From contig JBGGMM010000145.1 of assembly GCA_041288045.1 (NCBI GenBank), positions 1-24,264 on the forward strand: a stretch of 24,264 bases of DNA, in the 5' to 3' direction. This DNA comes from Pseudobdellovibrionaceae bacterium. GTDB taxonomy: Bacteria; Bdellovibrionota; Bdellovibrionia; Bdellovibrionales; Bdellovibrionaceae. Positions within the stretch are counted from its first letter, which is position 1; each line of letters opens with the position of its first letter. A program made the position numbers and the translations under genes. Under the pieces are notes generated by a model that was not told the DNA's origin, made no database searches, and was given only the letters and a program-made list of their open reading frames with translations. Below, piece after piece: positions 9,326-18,065 of this stretch.

Positions 9326-11278
9326 TTGATCACAGATCTCGCGAATCTGGGTCCATCCTTAAGGGGGACAACAGATTTGGGAGGAGCCAAGGCCAAAGAC
9401 AGAGGCCCGGCAGCCCAAACTGGGAGACCAGACAAGGCGAGTTCATTTGATCAGATCTTACAAGGCAAAGCAGATGAAAAATCAGTGAGCCCAAGATCTG
9501 ACAAAGAGGTGAAGGAAGTGTCTCTGAAAAAAGATCCGCAAACCGTTCAATCCCGATTGGACGAGATGAAACCTGAAAAGGTCGAAGCGGACAGAGTCGA
9601 GACCAACCCAAACCAGAACGAGCCAAGGACGGCCCGGAAAGAAACAAAAAGCTGGGATGAGCCAGGATCTGTGAAGACAAAAGGACAAAGTGAGACGGTT
9701 GAATCGAACTCAGACTCAAAGAGTTCGGCCGCTCGGGAACAAGTGATGCTGGAATTTATGGACTCAATGGAGAGTGAATTCGGCATCCCACCACAGGATC
9801 TTGTGGTGGCAATGACGCAAATCCCGGAAGGCGATCAACTCAAATCTCCTGAAGCCTCTGCTTCACAAGTGATTGCTCAACTCAAATTACCAGAAGACCA
9901 AGAGCAAAAAGCTCTCGCGCTTTATGTCGGTATGCTTTCGCAGTTGCAACAGATGCAGCAGCAACCCGCCATGAAGCCCGCGATGTTTGCGGCGACAGCG
10001 GCAAGTGCAGCAGCTGCACCTGTTGTGATGAATTCGCAGCAAAGAAAAGCTTTGCTCAATGATTCTCTTGATCGAATGAATCAGAAATTTTTCATGCAAG
10101 GAGCGGCTCAGCCGCCAGCAGTTGAAAAATGGATAGATTCAAAGACTCCAGAGAATGCACAGACCTTGCCTGCAGATCCGCTCGGCACTTTTCCCAAAGA
10201 CCAAGTGTCTATTGGGCAAATGGCCTATAAAGATCAAATGGCGAGCATCGATCCCCAGAAGGGTTTTTTGAAATCTCCATTCCCTGTTGATCAGGGCAGT
10301 GGAATCGAAAGACCGCCATTGCCTGAAGGAATGGAGCAAATCGATCCAAACTCTCAAGAAGGCCAACAGCTGTTAAAGTCATTGGTTGCTCTGGGAGCCG
10401 CAGCAACGGCTTTGGATCAAGGGTTGAAGGCAGATCCTCAAAATGCTCAAGCACTAAAAGCTGAGCAAATGATGAATGGCCTGAACCCTTCGGCTTTGCC
10501 TCCTCTTGAAGGAATGGCGAACTTTGGATTTGGCGGAATGACTGATGAAGAAGACCTTTCGGGATTTGGCAAAGAGTCCTCTCCCGATCAGTTCTTCGTG
10601 CATCACAATCCTGCCCATGCCGCACATGCGACCCGAGCTGAAGCCGCCAATGGTGATAGCTTTGGAGCTATGGTGGCTGGCACAGCAGGAGCTGTCGGAG
10701 CCGACAAGCTCAATCCTGCAGAAAATGAAGCCAACATCCAGGCACTGATGAAACAAGCTCAGTACTTGATCAAAAAAGGTGGAGGCGAGTCCAAGATTCA
10801 AGCTGCTCCTGAAGGGATCGGCCAAATTCATATGAAAGTGGTCGTCAATGAGGGAAAAGTGAATCTTGAAATGTCTGCAGAGTCGAAAGAAGCCAAGAAG
10901 CTCATTGAAAGTTCGATTGGAGAATTGAAATCCAACCTGGCTCAACACCGCTTAGGAGTTGAACATGTCAAAGTCGATGTCGGTAATGGCTTTTCGAGTG
11001 ACAACAAAAACTCGGAAGCTCAAAACCAACAAAGACAAATGGACATGAATCAGCAGCAGTCCAAAAATCAAACGCGCGATTTTTGGAGCGAGTACAGCCA
11101 AAATGGTGGATTTGATCGCCGCGGAACTTTTCAAGAGTCTCCGGGAGTGAGGGCTTATAAGGCTCCTTCGGCCGGTGGGCCGAATGTCGAGGCATTAACT
11201 CCTGCCAATTCTGGGTCCGTGGGACAAAAACGTTACCAAGGGTCTGGAAAGGGTCGAGGCTTGAATCTGGTGGCTTAA
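9326..11278 (+). CDS. fliK: Flagellar hook-length control protein FliK
   Basis: Long low-complexity N-terminal region; C-terminal T3S4/Flg_hook-like domain (KIQAAPEGIGQIHMKVVVNEGKVNLEMSAESKEAKKLIE...ELKSNL); upstream of flgD. Confidence 0.88.
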   Translation: MITDLANLGPSLRGTTDLGGAKAKDRGPAAQTGRPDKASSFDQILQGKADEKSVSPRSDKEVKEVSLKKDPQTVQSRLDEMKPEKVEADRVETNPNQNEPRTARKETKSWDEPGSVKTKGQSETVESNSDSKSSAAREQVMLEFMDSMESEFGIPPQDLVVAMTQIPEGDQLKSPEASASQVIAQLKLPEDQEQKALALYVGMLSQLQQMQQQPAMKPAMFAATAASAAAAPVVMNSQQRKALLNDSLDRMNQKFFMQGAAQPPAVEKWIDSKTPENAQTLPADPLGTFPKDQVSIGQMAYKDQMASIDPQKGFLKSPFPVDQGSGIERPPLPEGMEQIDPNSQEGQQLLKSLVALGAAATALDQGLKADPQNAQALKAEQMMNGLNPSALPPLEGMANFGFGGMTDEEDLSGFGKESSPDQFFVHHNPAHAAHATRAEAANGDSFGAMVAGTAGAVGADKLNPAENEANIQALMKQAQYLIKKGGGESKIQAAPEGIGQIHMKVVVNEGKVNLEMSAESKEAKKLIESSIGELKSNLAQHRLGVEHVKVDVGNGFSSDNKNSEAQNQQRQMDMNQQQSKNQTRDFWSEYSQNGGFDRRGTFQESPGVRAYKAPSAGGPNVEALTPANSGSVGQKRYQGSGKGRGLNLVA

Positions 11279-11321
11279 GGTTGTGAGAAAATGAGATTGC
11301 ATAACTGAAAGAGGAATCTAC

Positions 11322-12338
11322 ATGTCCACAATGTCAGTGAAAACAGGAACGAAATCTTGGGGAGACGCTCCTCAGAATCAAATCACCAAAGCGGATAACC
11401 TGAGCAATATCAGCGCTCATGATAAATCCAAATTGGGTGATGAGAATGTCGGTGATCTTCTCAATAAAATCGCAGATCCGAACTGGGTAGATCCCAATAA
11501 GAAAATGCGAACTGCTGGCAGTGACAAAATGGACAAAGATTCCTTCATGAAGCTGATGCTGGCGCAAATGAAGCATCAGGATCCGACAAATCCAATGCAG
11601 TCTCATGAACTTGCGGCCCAATTGGCGCAATTCTCGTCTGTGGAACAATTGCAGAATGTCAATTCCACATTGACGAGAATGGAGGCCGGTCAAAAGCCAA
11701 CCGAGGGATTCCAAGCTCTGAATTTTATTGGCAAGGCTGTCAGTGGAGATTCTGCAAAACTAACAAGGATGAAGGGCGATCGAGATCACGATGTTTCATA
11801 CTCGCTGCCTGACGACGCGACTGAAGTTTCCATCCGTGTTCGAAGTGAAAATGGTGATACTGTCCGAACTGTGAATTTGAAGGACATAAAAAAAGGAAAC
11901 AACAAATTCACGTGGAATGGATTGGACGAACGGGGACTTCCAGCGCCAGCCGGCGAGTACCAGTTTTTTATTGATGCCACTTCTAGAAGTGGTGGCAAAC
12001 TGGCGGCCAAAACGGATTTCGAGGGAACCATCACCGGTGTGAATTACACAGCTGAAGGTCCGCTTCTTTTGGTCGGGAACCAGAGCGTGAAACTGAAAGA
12101 CGTGAAAAAGATTGTCGACCCAAGTCTTATGAAGAACGACCAGATTGCAAAATCTCCTTCTGGACAGGACTTGAAAAATCAACCTGTCACATCGCAGAAT
12201 GGAGAAAAGGATGCTGATGACAAGCGTGCAGGGGATCCTGTGAAGCCACCAGCATCGAATTTGATGGACTCGGTGAAGATGTCTCGTGAGATGATGGATA
12301 AATTGGAAAAAGAGACAAAACCCGATGCCTCAATGTAA
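11322..12338 (+). CDS. flgD: Flagellar hook-capping protein FlgD
   Basis: MDKDSFMKLMLAQMKHQDPTNPM...AQLAQFSSVEQL and FTWNGLDERG..PAGEY motifs. Confidence 0.96.
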   Translation: MSTMSVKTGTKSWGDAPQNQITKADNLSNISAHDKSKLGDENVGDLLNKIADPNWVDPNKKMRTAGSDKMDKDSFMKLMLAQMKHQDPTNPMQSHELAAQLAQFSSVEQLQNVNSTLTRMEAGQKPTEGFQALNFIGKAVSGDSAKLTRMKGDRDHDVSYSLPDDATEVSIRVRSENGDTVRTVNLKDIKKGNNKFTWNGLDERGLPAPAGEYQFFIDATSRSGGKLAAKTDFEGTITGVNYTAEGPLLLVGNQSVKLKDVKKIVDPSLMKNDQIAKSPSGQDLKNQPVTSQNGEKDADDKRAGDPVKPPASNLMDSVKMSREMMDKLEKETKPDASM

Positions 12339-12377
12339 TCTTCAGTGATGTGAATAACTGAAGAAGGAAAAAGAAAA

Positions 12378-12827
12378 GTGGATATTAAGAAAGTTTCAAA
12401 TTTTGAAAACCTGGTGAAGCCCGAAGGGGTTGGATCCGCCGTTCCAGGAGGAATGGGCAAGGTTCAGCCACAAACAGGTGGACCCAGTTTTCAGGAAACT
12501 TTGAGCGGACTTCAGGGATTGCAAAATCCAGCTGTTGGCAAGATGCCGGCCGCAGGACAAATGCAGATGCCTCAAGACGTCAAGTTTTCAAATCATGCGG
12601 TTGAGCGCATGCAGACCCGAGGAATTTCATTCAACAAGGGCGACCTTGAAAGATTGAATGAAGCCGTCAGCCGAGCCGCTGCGAAAGGTTCGAAAGACAC
12701 GTTGGTTCTCATGAACGATTCGGCATTGATTGTTAGCGTGAAAAACAAAACGGTTGTGACAGTGATGGATAAGACAGCTCTGAAAGAGAATGTTTTTACC
12801 AACATCGATTCAACAATCGTGATGTAA
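12378..12827 (+). CDS. Flagellar operon protein of TIGR02530 type (function unknown)
   Basis: KFSNHAVERMQTRGI...AAAKGSKDTLVLM...ALIVSVKNKTVVTVMD...ENVFTNIDS; the position between flgD and flgE is typical; GTG start. Confidence 0.88.
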   Translation: MDIKKVSNFENLVKPEGVGSAVPGGMGKVQPQTGGPSFQETLSGLQGLQNPAVGKMPAAGQMQMPQDVKFSNHAVERMQTRGISFNKGDLERLNEAVSRAAAKGSKDTLVLMNDSALIVSVKNKTVVTVMDKTALKENVFTNIDSTIVM

Positions 12828-12854
12828 GGTTTTAGAGTTCGAAAAACAAAATAC

Positions 12855-12917
12855 AGGGCTGGTCCTCGTAGAGGAAGCCCTCCAAACTCAGGTTCATGAC
12901 TGATTGATTGAATCTGA
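12855..12917 (+). ncRNA. Putative cis-regulatory twin-hairpin RNA element in the flgE leader
   Basis: Hairpin 1: AGGGCT-gg-TCCTC-gta-GAGGA-AGCCCT (12855-12881). Hairpin 2: TCAGGTTCA-tgactgattgat-TGAATCTGA (12888-12917, one G-U). No U-tract; ends 8 nt before the GGAGG RBS. Confidence 0.55.
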
Positions 12918-12935
12918 TACGACATGGAGGTCACA

Positions 12936-14219
12936 ATGGGAGTTCTCTCTTCATTATACACCGGTGTATCCGGTCTCGTTGCACAAGGTGAGGCATTGGG
13001 GGTTGTTGGTGACAACATCGCCAACGCCAACACTGTCGGCTTCAAAGCCAGCCGTGCCGAGTTTCAAGATATTCTTTCCAAGGATTTAAAAGGGATTTTG
13101 GGTGGTAACCAAATCGGTCGAGGAACCAAGATCGGTGCCGTCAATCCAATCATTACCCAAGGGAATGTGGATTCAACAGATAAAGCCACAGATCTTGCGA
13201 TTTCTGGTGAAGGTTATTTTCAAGTGAAGGGAAGCGATGGAACTTCCTACACTCGAGATGGATCTTTCCACTTTGATCGCGAAGGATTCTTGGTTTCCAA
13301 TGACAACCAAAGAGTCCAGGGTTTCCAAGCTGATGAAAAAGGAACCATCCTGAACAAGACGGGTGATATCCGTTTCCCGAGAGCACTGATTCCAGCCAAA
13401 GCCACGAAAGAAGTGAAACTGGATTTGAACTTGGATTCACGAGTTGAGGCGACCAAGAAATTCGACATTAAAGATCCTTATTCGACGTCTCATTATTCGA
13501 CAGGGGTTGAGTTGTTTGACTCTCAAGGAAACAAGCATTTGATGACTTTGTTTTTCAATAAAGTGGCAGATGGTCAATGGGATTATCGCGGAACGATTGA
13601 CGGCAAAGAGATGACCGGTGGAACTCCTGGAGAGCTAGCTGAAGTCTGCAAAGGGTCCTTGAAGTTCAATGTGGACGGAAAGCTGGATGAGCAGGAGATG
13701 TCTGAAAGTAGCTTCAATTTTGCTGGCGGCGCTTTTCAAGATCAGAAAATCAAGATCAACTTTGGTGATCCGATCAAAGCGGGTGGAAAAGGAATCGACG
13801 GAACGAAACAGTACGGCAAGGACTCGGATTTGATCACTTGGAGACAAGATGGTGCAGCAGCTGGAACGATCACCAACCTGTCTTTCAATGACCAAGGGAA
13901 TTTGACGGCCCTGTACTCAAACGGGGAAGCCCAGGACTTGGCGCAAATTGCTCTGGCGAAATTCGAAAACCCAGAAGCTCTGTTCAAAGTCGGTAACAAC
14001 CGACTGAAAGAGTCCAGAGATTCAGGACAAGCGGCATTGGGTGTTTCAGGCCGAGCCGGTCGAGGTAAACTGTTCGCGAAATCTCTCGAGCGATCCACTG
14101 TCGATTTGGCTGCCGAATTCGTCAATCTGATCCAGAATCAGCGTGGCTTTCAGGCCAATGCCAAGACGATCACGACGACGGACCAGCTGCTCGAAGAAGT
14201 GATCCAGCTCAAACGATAA
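12936..14219 (+). CDS. flgE: Flagellar hook protein FlgE
   Basis: SLYTGVSGL...GDNIANANTVGFK, DLAISGEGYF, YTRDGSFHFD, LERSTVDLAAEF...QRGFQANAKTITT. Start placed at ATG 12936 after GGAGG (12926-12930). Confidence 0.97.
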   Translation: MGVLSSLYTGVSGLVAQGEALGVVGDNIANANTVGFKASRAEFQDILSKDLKGILGGNQIGRGTKIGAVNPIITQGNVDSTDKATDLAISGEGYFQVKGSDGTSYTRDGSFHFDREGFLVSNDNQRVQGFQADEKGTILNKTGDIRFPRALIPAKATKEVKLDLNLDSRVEATKKFDIKDPYSTSHYSTGVELFDSQGNKHLMTLFFNKVADGQWDYRGTIDGKEMTGGTPGELAEVCKGSLKFNVDGKLDEQEMSESSFNFAGGAFQDQKIKINFGDPIKAGGKGIDGTKQYGKDSDLITWRQDGAAAGTITNLSFNDQGNLTALYSNGEAQDLAQIALAKFENPEALFKVGNNRLKESRDSGQAALGVSGRAGRGKLFAKSLERSTVDLAAEFVNLIQNQRGFQANAKTITTTDQLLEEVIQLKR

Positions 14220-14242
14220 TAGAATGAACTAAATCCATGTCA

Positions 14243-14277
14243 AAAAGCCCTGGTTGAAAGACCGGGGCTTTTATTTT
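14243..14277 (+). terminator. Intrinsic terminator after flgE
   Basis: AAAAGCCCTGGTT-GAAA-GACCGGGGCTTTT-ATTTT: GNRA-capped stem followed by a U-rich tract. Confidence 0.9.
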
Positions 14278-14287
14278 GAGACTGGAT

Positions 14288-14314
14288 CTTGAAACACACG
14301 AATCCTGCCGATAA
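14288..14314 (+). promoter_or_regulatory. Candidate sigma28 (FliA) promoter
   Basis: Perfect -10 GCCGATAA at 14307-14314 in the intergenic gap after the terminator; the -35 region (CTTGAAAC) matches poorly. Confidence 0.5.
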
Positions 14315-14321
14315 GTGGTTG

Positions 14322-15752
14322 ATGAAAAAATCGATTTTTTCCCTTTTGATTGTTCTAACGGCTTGTTCAAGTTCTTCAAGAAAGCCGTCGTCTCAACTTG
14401 CTCCTATTGAAATGCCAAGCAATGCTCTCAGTTTGGAACAAGCCCTCAAGCAGGGACCCGATTTGACTTTGCCCTATTTAAAAAGCCAATTGCCAGTGGC
14501 TCCCTTTGAGACTTTGCCGCCTGCTTTGAAAATTGAAAGAGTCACGACAAATGACAAAGATAAATCACTTCGCATGCGCCACATCCGCAAATTTCACACT
14601 TGGAGTCTTCAGCGAAAAGCGACTCGCGCGGCCTATCTGATGGAGCATTTCAGTTGCCAGGAATATCATGAAACCCAGGCACTGGGATTTTCCCTTGAAA
14701 GAGATTTTCCTGAACCTCAAGCCATGGAGCTTGCTGAGTCCATGCATTTGAAAGTAGCGCCTTGTCAGATTTCCAATCGCGACGAAAGCATTCTGCGCTT
14801 AACCGTTTTTTCAATTTATAAAAATCAGTGTCCTAAGGCCATGGAGCATTTGAAAATGCTACCAACTGAAGGCGAAAGAGGCGTTGCGGATCGTGCTGCT
14901 TATCTGCGTTCTTTATGTTCTTCTTCCAACGTTGTGGAACAGAAAAATCCCTGGGGTGGATACGGAATCCAATTGGGAAATTTCAAAATTGAAAAAACGG
15001 ACAAACCCGTCTGGTTTCTGGCGGCCAACAGCGGTCAGGGCGAGTGGGATCAATTGCTGAGCACTTTAATTGATCTAACGCAAAAGGGTGACTATCACAA
15101 AGTTCGCTATCTGATGAGCATGGTGAATTACGATAAATTCAGAACTTTGCCTTACCCATTTCAAGCTTCCGTCTTGGTGGTGATGCATTTTGCAGGTGCT
15201 GACCTTTCCGTTTTTCAAGCCCTTCATCGATACTTGTCGGAAAATCCGCAGTTGATCACCAAAGAAGTGCTGGGTCTTTTGTTTCCCGTTCGTTTTTGGG
15301 AAAGCATTGTTAAAAACACTCATGGGATTGACCCTGTGTTAGTGAAATCACTGATCCGTCAGGAAAGTGCTTTTGATCCGACGGCAAGAAGTCCAGCGCG
15401 AGCTTTTGGATTGACCCAAGTCATTTATCCCACAGCCAGAATCTTTGGGATGAAAAATCGCAAACAGCTTTTTGACCCCGAGGCCAATATTCGGGTCGGA
15501 TCTGAATTTCTGAAAAAATTAATCAATGACTTTGGCTCTGTCGAATTGGCTTTGGCTGCGTATAATGCTGGCCCTCTCAAAGTGCGTGAATGGCAAAAAA
15601 GATATCCGACGAACAACATCGATCTGTTTGTCGAAATGATTCCTTACACTGAGACCCGAGAGTATGTGCGCTTGGTTCTTAGGAATTACAAAATCTATAA
15701 GACAGTTCTGTTTCAGCCCACCAATCAGGCCGATATTGCTCAGCTTCAGTGA
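14322..15752 (+). CDS. Lytic transglycosylase (SLT domain) lipoprotein
   Basis: Signal peptide with lipobox (MKKSIFSLLIVLTA-C); C-terminal IRQESAF, GLTQ, AAYNAGP and IPYTETREYV motifs. Confidence 0.92.
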   Translation: MKKSIFSLLIVLTACSSSSRKPSSQLAPIEMPSNALSLEQALKQGPDLTLPYLKSQLPVAPFETLPPALKIERVTTNDKDKSLRMRHIRKFHTWSLQRKATRAAYLMEHFSCQEYHETQALGFSLERDFPEPQAMELAESMHLKVAPCQISNRDESILRLTVFSIYKNQCPKAMEHLKMLPTEGERGVADRAAYLRSLCSSSNVVEQKNPWGGYGIQLGNFKIEKTDKPVWFLAANSGQGEWDQLLSTLIDLTQKGDYHKVRYLMSMVNYDKFRTLPYPFQASVLVVMHFAGADLSVFQALHRYLSENPQLITKEVLGLLFPVRFWESIVKNTHGIDPVLVKSLIRQESAFDPTARSPARAFGLTQVIYPTARIFGMKNRKQLFDPEANIRVGSEFLKKLINDFGSVELALAAYNAGPLKVREWQKRYPTNNIDLFVEMIPYTETREYVRLVLRNYKIYKTVLFQPTNQADIAQLQ

Positions 15753-16576
15753 GTGAGATCATGGAAAGGTTCTGTGGTCTTCTTGTCTTGAATTGAATCC
15801 AAGAAATGATTTTGTGAAAGATCCCGCAAAAGTTCTGACATCCGCTTTCGCACCAATTGACCCTCTCGATCCAATTGAATCTTTTTCTCATCTCTGTCAG
15901 AGGATAAATCCTCTTCCTTCAAACTGGGTAAATAGAGTTCACAGGACATTGAAAAATGTTCCAGTCTGTGGGGCCAAACAGGAAGATTCACCGATTGCCA
16001 ATGCGAGATTTTGTGACTGAAAAATTTCGAGTAGGGTTTTAAGAAATTCCCCCACTCTTTAGCCACAGGGAGCGAAAAGCTCCAGCTCTCAGAGCCTTTA
16101 TGGACTGCAAGCAGTAAAGGAGTTTTAGACCGGATCGCTAGTTCCAAAAATCGATTGGATCGGAATTCTTGAATCTCATTGGGATCGCCAAAAAAAGTAT
16201 TCGCCCCTTCAGGGAAAATAATCATGTCATGAGGATGATTCTGTTCAAAATTATTGAGGAGCTCATCAAAGCTTTGCGGCCGATCCAGTTGGGTGATGAA
16301 TTCAGCTAATTTCTTGGTGAGGGGATTATTGTAAAACCATCGATCCATCACTCCACGCACCACTCGGCTTGAATAACCTCCGCGCACCATTTCATAAGAT
16401 AAGGCAGTTATCGCTGGCAGCCAGGAAAGAGGGGTTGAATGATTCATCACCACGATCAAACGGGGATGATCTAAAATGGTATCAAGGTCTGGAGAGGCGT
16501 GGAAATCCAATTGCGGGACAAAAGATTGCCTGAGAGCTTCAATCAAATCTGTGTATTCGGATAAACTCTTCATCAC
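15746..16576 (-). CDS. PlsC-like (LPLAT) acyltransferase-family protein
   Basis: LIVVMNHS (block I) and MIIFPEG (block III). Start is GTG 16576 or ATG 16573, overlapping the livF stop. Confidence 0.75.
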   Translation of the reverse strand: MMKSLSEYTDLIEALRQSFVPQLDFHASPDLDTILDHPRLIVVMNHSTPLSWLPAITALSYEMVRGGYSSRVVRGVMDRWFYNNPLTKKLAEFITQLDRPQSFDELLNNFEQNHPHDMIIFPEGANTFFGDPNEIQEFRSNRFLELAIRSKTPLLLAVHKGSESWSFSLPVAKEWGNFLKPYSKFFSHKISHWQSVNLPVWPHRLEHFSMSCELYLPSLKEEDLSSDRDEKKIQLDREGQLVRKRMSELLRDLSQNHFLDSIQDKKTTEPFHDLTH

Positions 16577-17283
16577 ACACCCAAATAACTGCGTCTAACG
16601 TTGTCGTCGTTCAAAAGATCCAGGCCTCGGCCTTCCAAAGTGACTTTCCCAGTTTCTATCACATAAGCCCGATGCGAAATTTTCAGAGCCATTCGAGCAT
16701 TTTGTTCCACTAAGAGAATCGTCACCCCTTCTGAATTCACTTTCTGGATGATTTCAAAAATCTGCGAAACAATCCGTGGGGCCAATCCCAAAGAAGGCTC
16801 ATCCAAAAGGAGGAGCTTGGGTTTTGCCATCAAAGCCCTAGAAATGGCAAGCATCTGCTGCTCTCCACCGGACATGGTGCCTGCGACTTGCTTGATTCTT
16901 TCTTTCAACCGGGGAAAAAGTGCAAAACAGTGCTCAAGATCTTCATTAATTTTTGACTTGTCCTTACGTGAGTAGGCTCCCATTTGCAGATTTTCAAGAA
17001 CTGTCAAAGTCGGGAAAACTCCTCGGCCTTCGGGAGATTGAGCCAGTCCCAAAGCGACTCGCTCATGGGATTTGAAAGTCTGCAAAGATTGAGAATCAAA
17101 TTGAATATCACCTTTTGATTCCACAATTCCAGAAAGCGCCCGAAGAGTCGTGGTTTTGCCAGCCCCATTGGCGCCAATCAAAGAGACAATCTCGCCTTTT
17201 TTGACTTCGAAACTAATGCCCTTGAGAGCATGAATGGATCCATAATAAACATTGAGGTCTTTGACTTGCAAAAGTGGGCTCAC
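16573..17283 (-). CDS. livF: Branched-chain amino acid ABC transporter ATPase
   Basis: GANGAGKT, PEGRGVF, MSGGEQQMLA, LLDEPSLGLAP, LLVEQN. Confidence 0.96.
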   Translation of the reverse strand: MSPLLQVKDLNVYYGSIHALKGISFEVKKGEIVSLIGANGAGKTTTLRALSGIVESKGDIQFDSQSLQTFKSHERVALGLAQSPEGRGVFPTLTVLENLQMGAYSRKDKSKINEDLEHCFALFPRLKERIKQVAGTMSGGEQQMLAISRALMAKPKLLLLDEPSLGLAPRIVSQIFEIIQKVNSEGVTILLVEQNARMALKISHRAYVIETGKVTLEGRGLDLLNDDNVRRSYLGV

Positions 17284-18065
17284 ACGGAACCTCCCTGCAA
17301 TTCGGCATCGGTTCCAAGGTAAGCTTCAATCACTTTGGCTGAGCTTTGGACCTGACGGGGAGTTCCCTCTTCAATTTTACAGCCGTGATCCAAAACCACG
17401 ATGCGCTCACAGATTCCCATGACCAGCTTCATGTCATGTTCGATCAAAAGCACCGTCAGTTTGAAATCTTTGCGGATTTTCGCAATCGTCTCCATCAAAT
17501 GATGGGTTTCTTGATGATTCATGCCGGCAGCTGGCTCATCCAGGCAGATCAGTTTTGGTTCCGTCGCCAAGGCTCGAATGATTTCAAGCTTCCGTTGCTC
17601 ACCGTAAGGCAAAGACGAAGCTTCGTCCTGAGCTTTTTTTTCAAGTCCAAAGATCGATAAAAGCTGCAAGGCTTTTTCTTGGGCCTCTTTTTCTTGAGAT
17701 AAAAAACCCTTGGTTTTCAATACTGGGGCCGCCATTCCGTAACTGAGATGTTGATTGGAAGCCACAAGTACGTTTTGCAAAACGCTGAGATCTTTAAACA
17801 AGCGAATGTTCTGGAAAGTTCGAGTCACTCCCAGGCGAGAAATCTGATAAGGCTTCAGTCCCGTGATGGTTTTTCCATCAAAGACCACTTCTCCCAATGT
17901 GGGACGATAAACTCCGGTGAGCATATTAAAAACGGTGGTTTTTCCAGCGCCATTGGGTCCAATCAAACCCATCAGTTCACCTTGCTGAATGTGAAAGCTC
18001 AATTGATCAACAGCTTTCAATCCGCCAAATTGCATGGTGATGTTCTGAGCTTCTAGAAGCTTCAT
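17280..18065 (-). CDS. livG: Branched-chain amino acid ABC transporter ATPase
   Basis: GPNGAGKTT, RTFQNIRLF, LPYGEQRKLEI, LDEPAAG, IEHDM, EAYLG. Confidence 0.96.
   Translation of the reverse strand: MKLLEAQNITMQFGGLKAVDQLSFHIQQGELMGLIGPNGAGKTTVFNMLTGVYRPTLGEVVFDGKTITGLKPYQISRLGVTRTFQNIRLFKDLSVLQNVLVASNQHLSYGMAAPVLKTKGFLSQEKEAQEKALQLLSIFGLEKKAQDEASSLPYGEQRKLEIIRALATEPKLICLDEPAAGMNHQETHHLMETIAKIRKDFKLTVLLIEHDMKLVMGICERIVVLDHGCKIEEGTPRQVQSSAKVIEAYLGTDAELQGGSV

Noticed and set aside
12855..12917. Reading the flgE leader hairpins as an intrinsic terminator
   Set aside because: Neither stem is followed by a U-tract, and the second has a large 12-nt loop.
15729..15736. GCCGATAT sigma28-like box at the end of the transglycosylase gene
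   Set aside because: It lies in coding sequence and points antisense into the acyltransferase with no downstream + strand gene.
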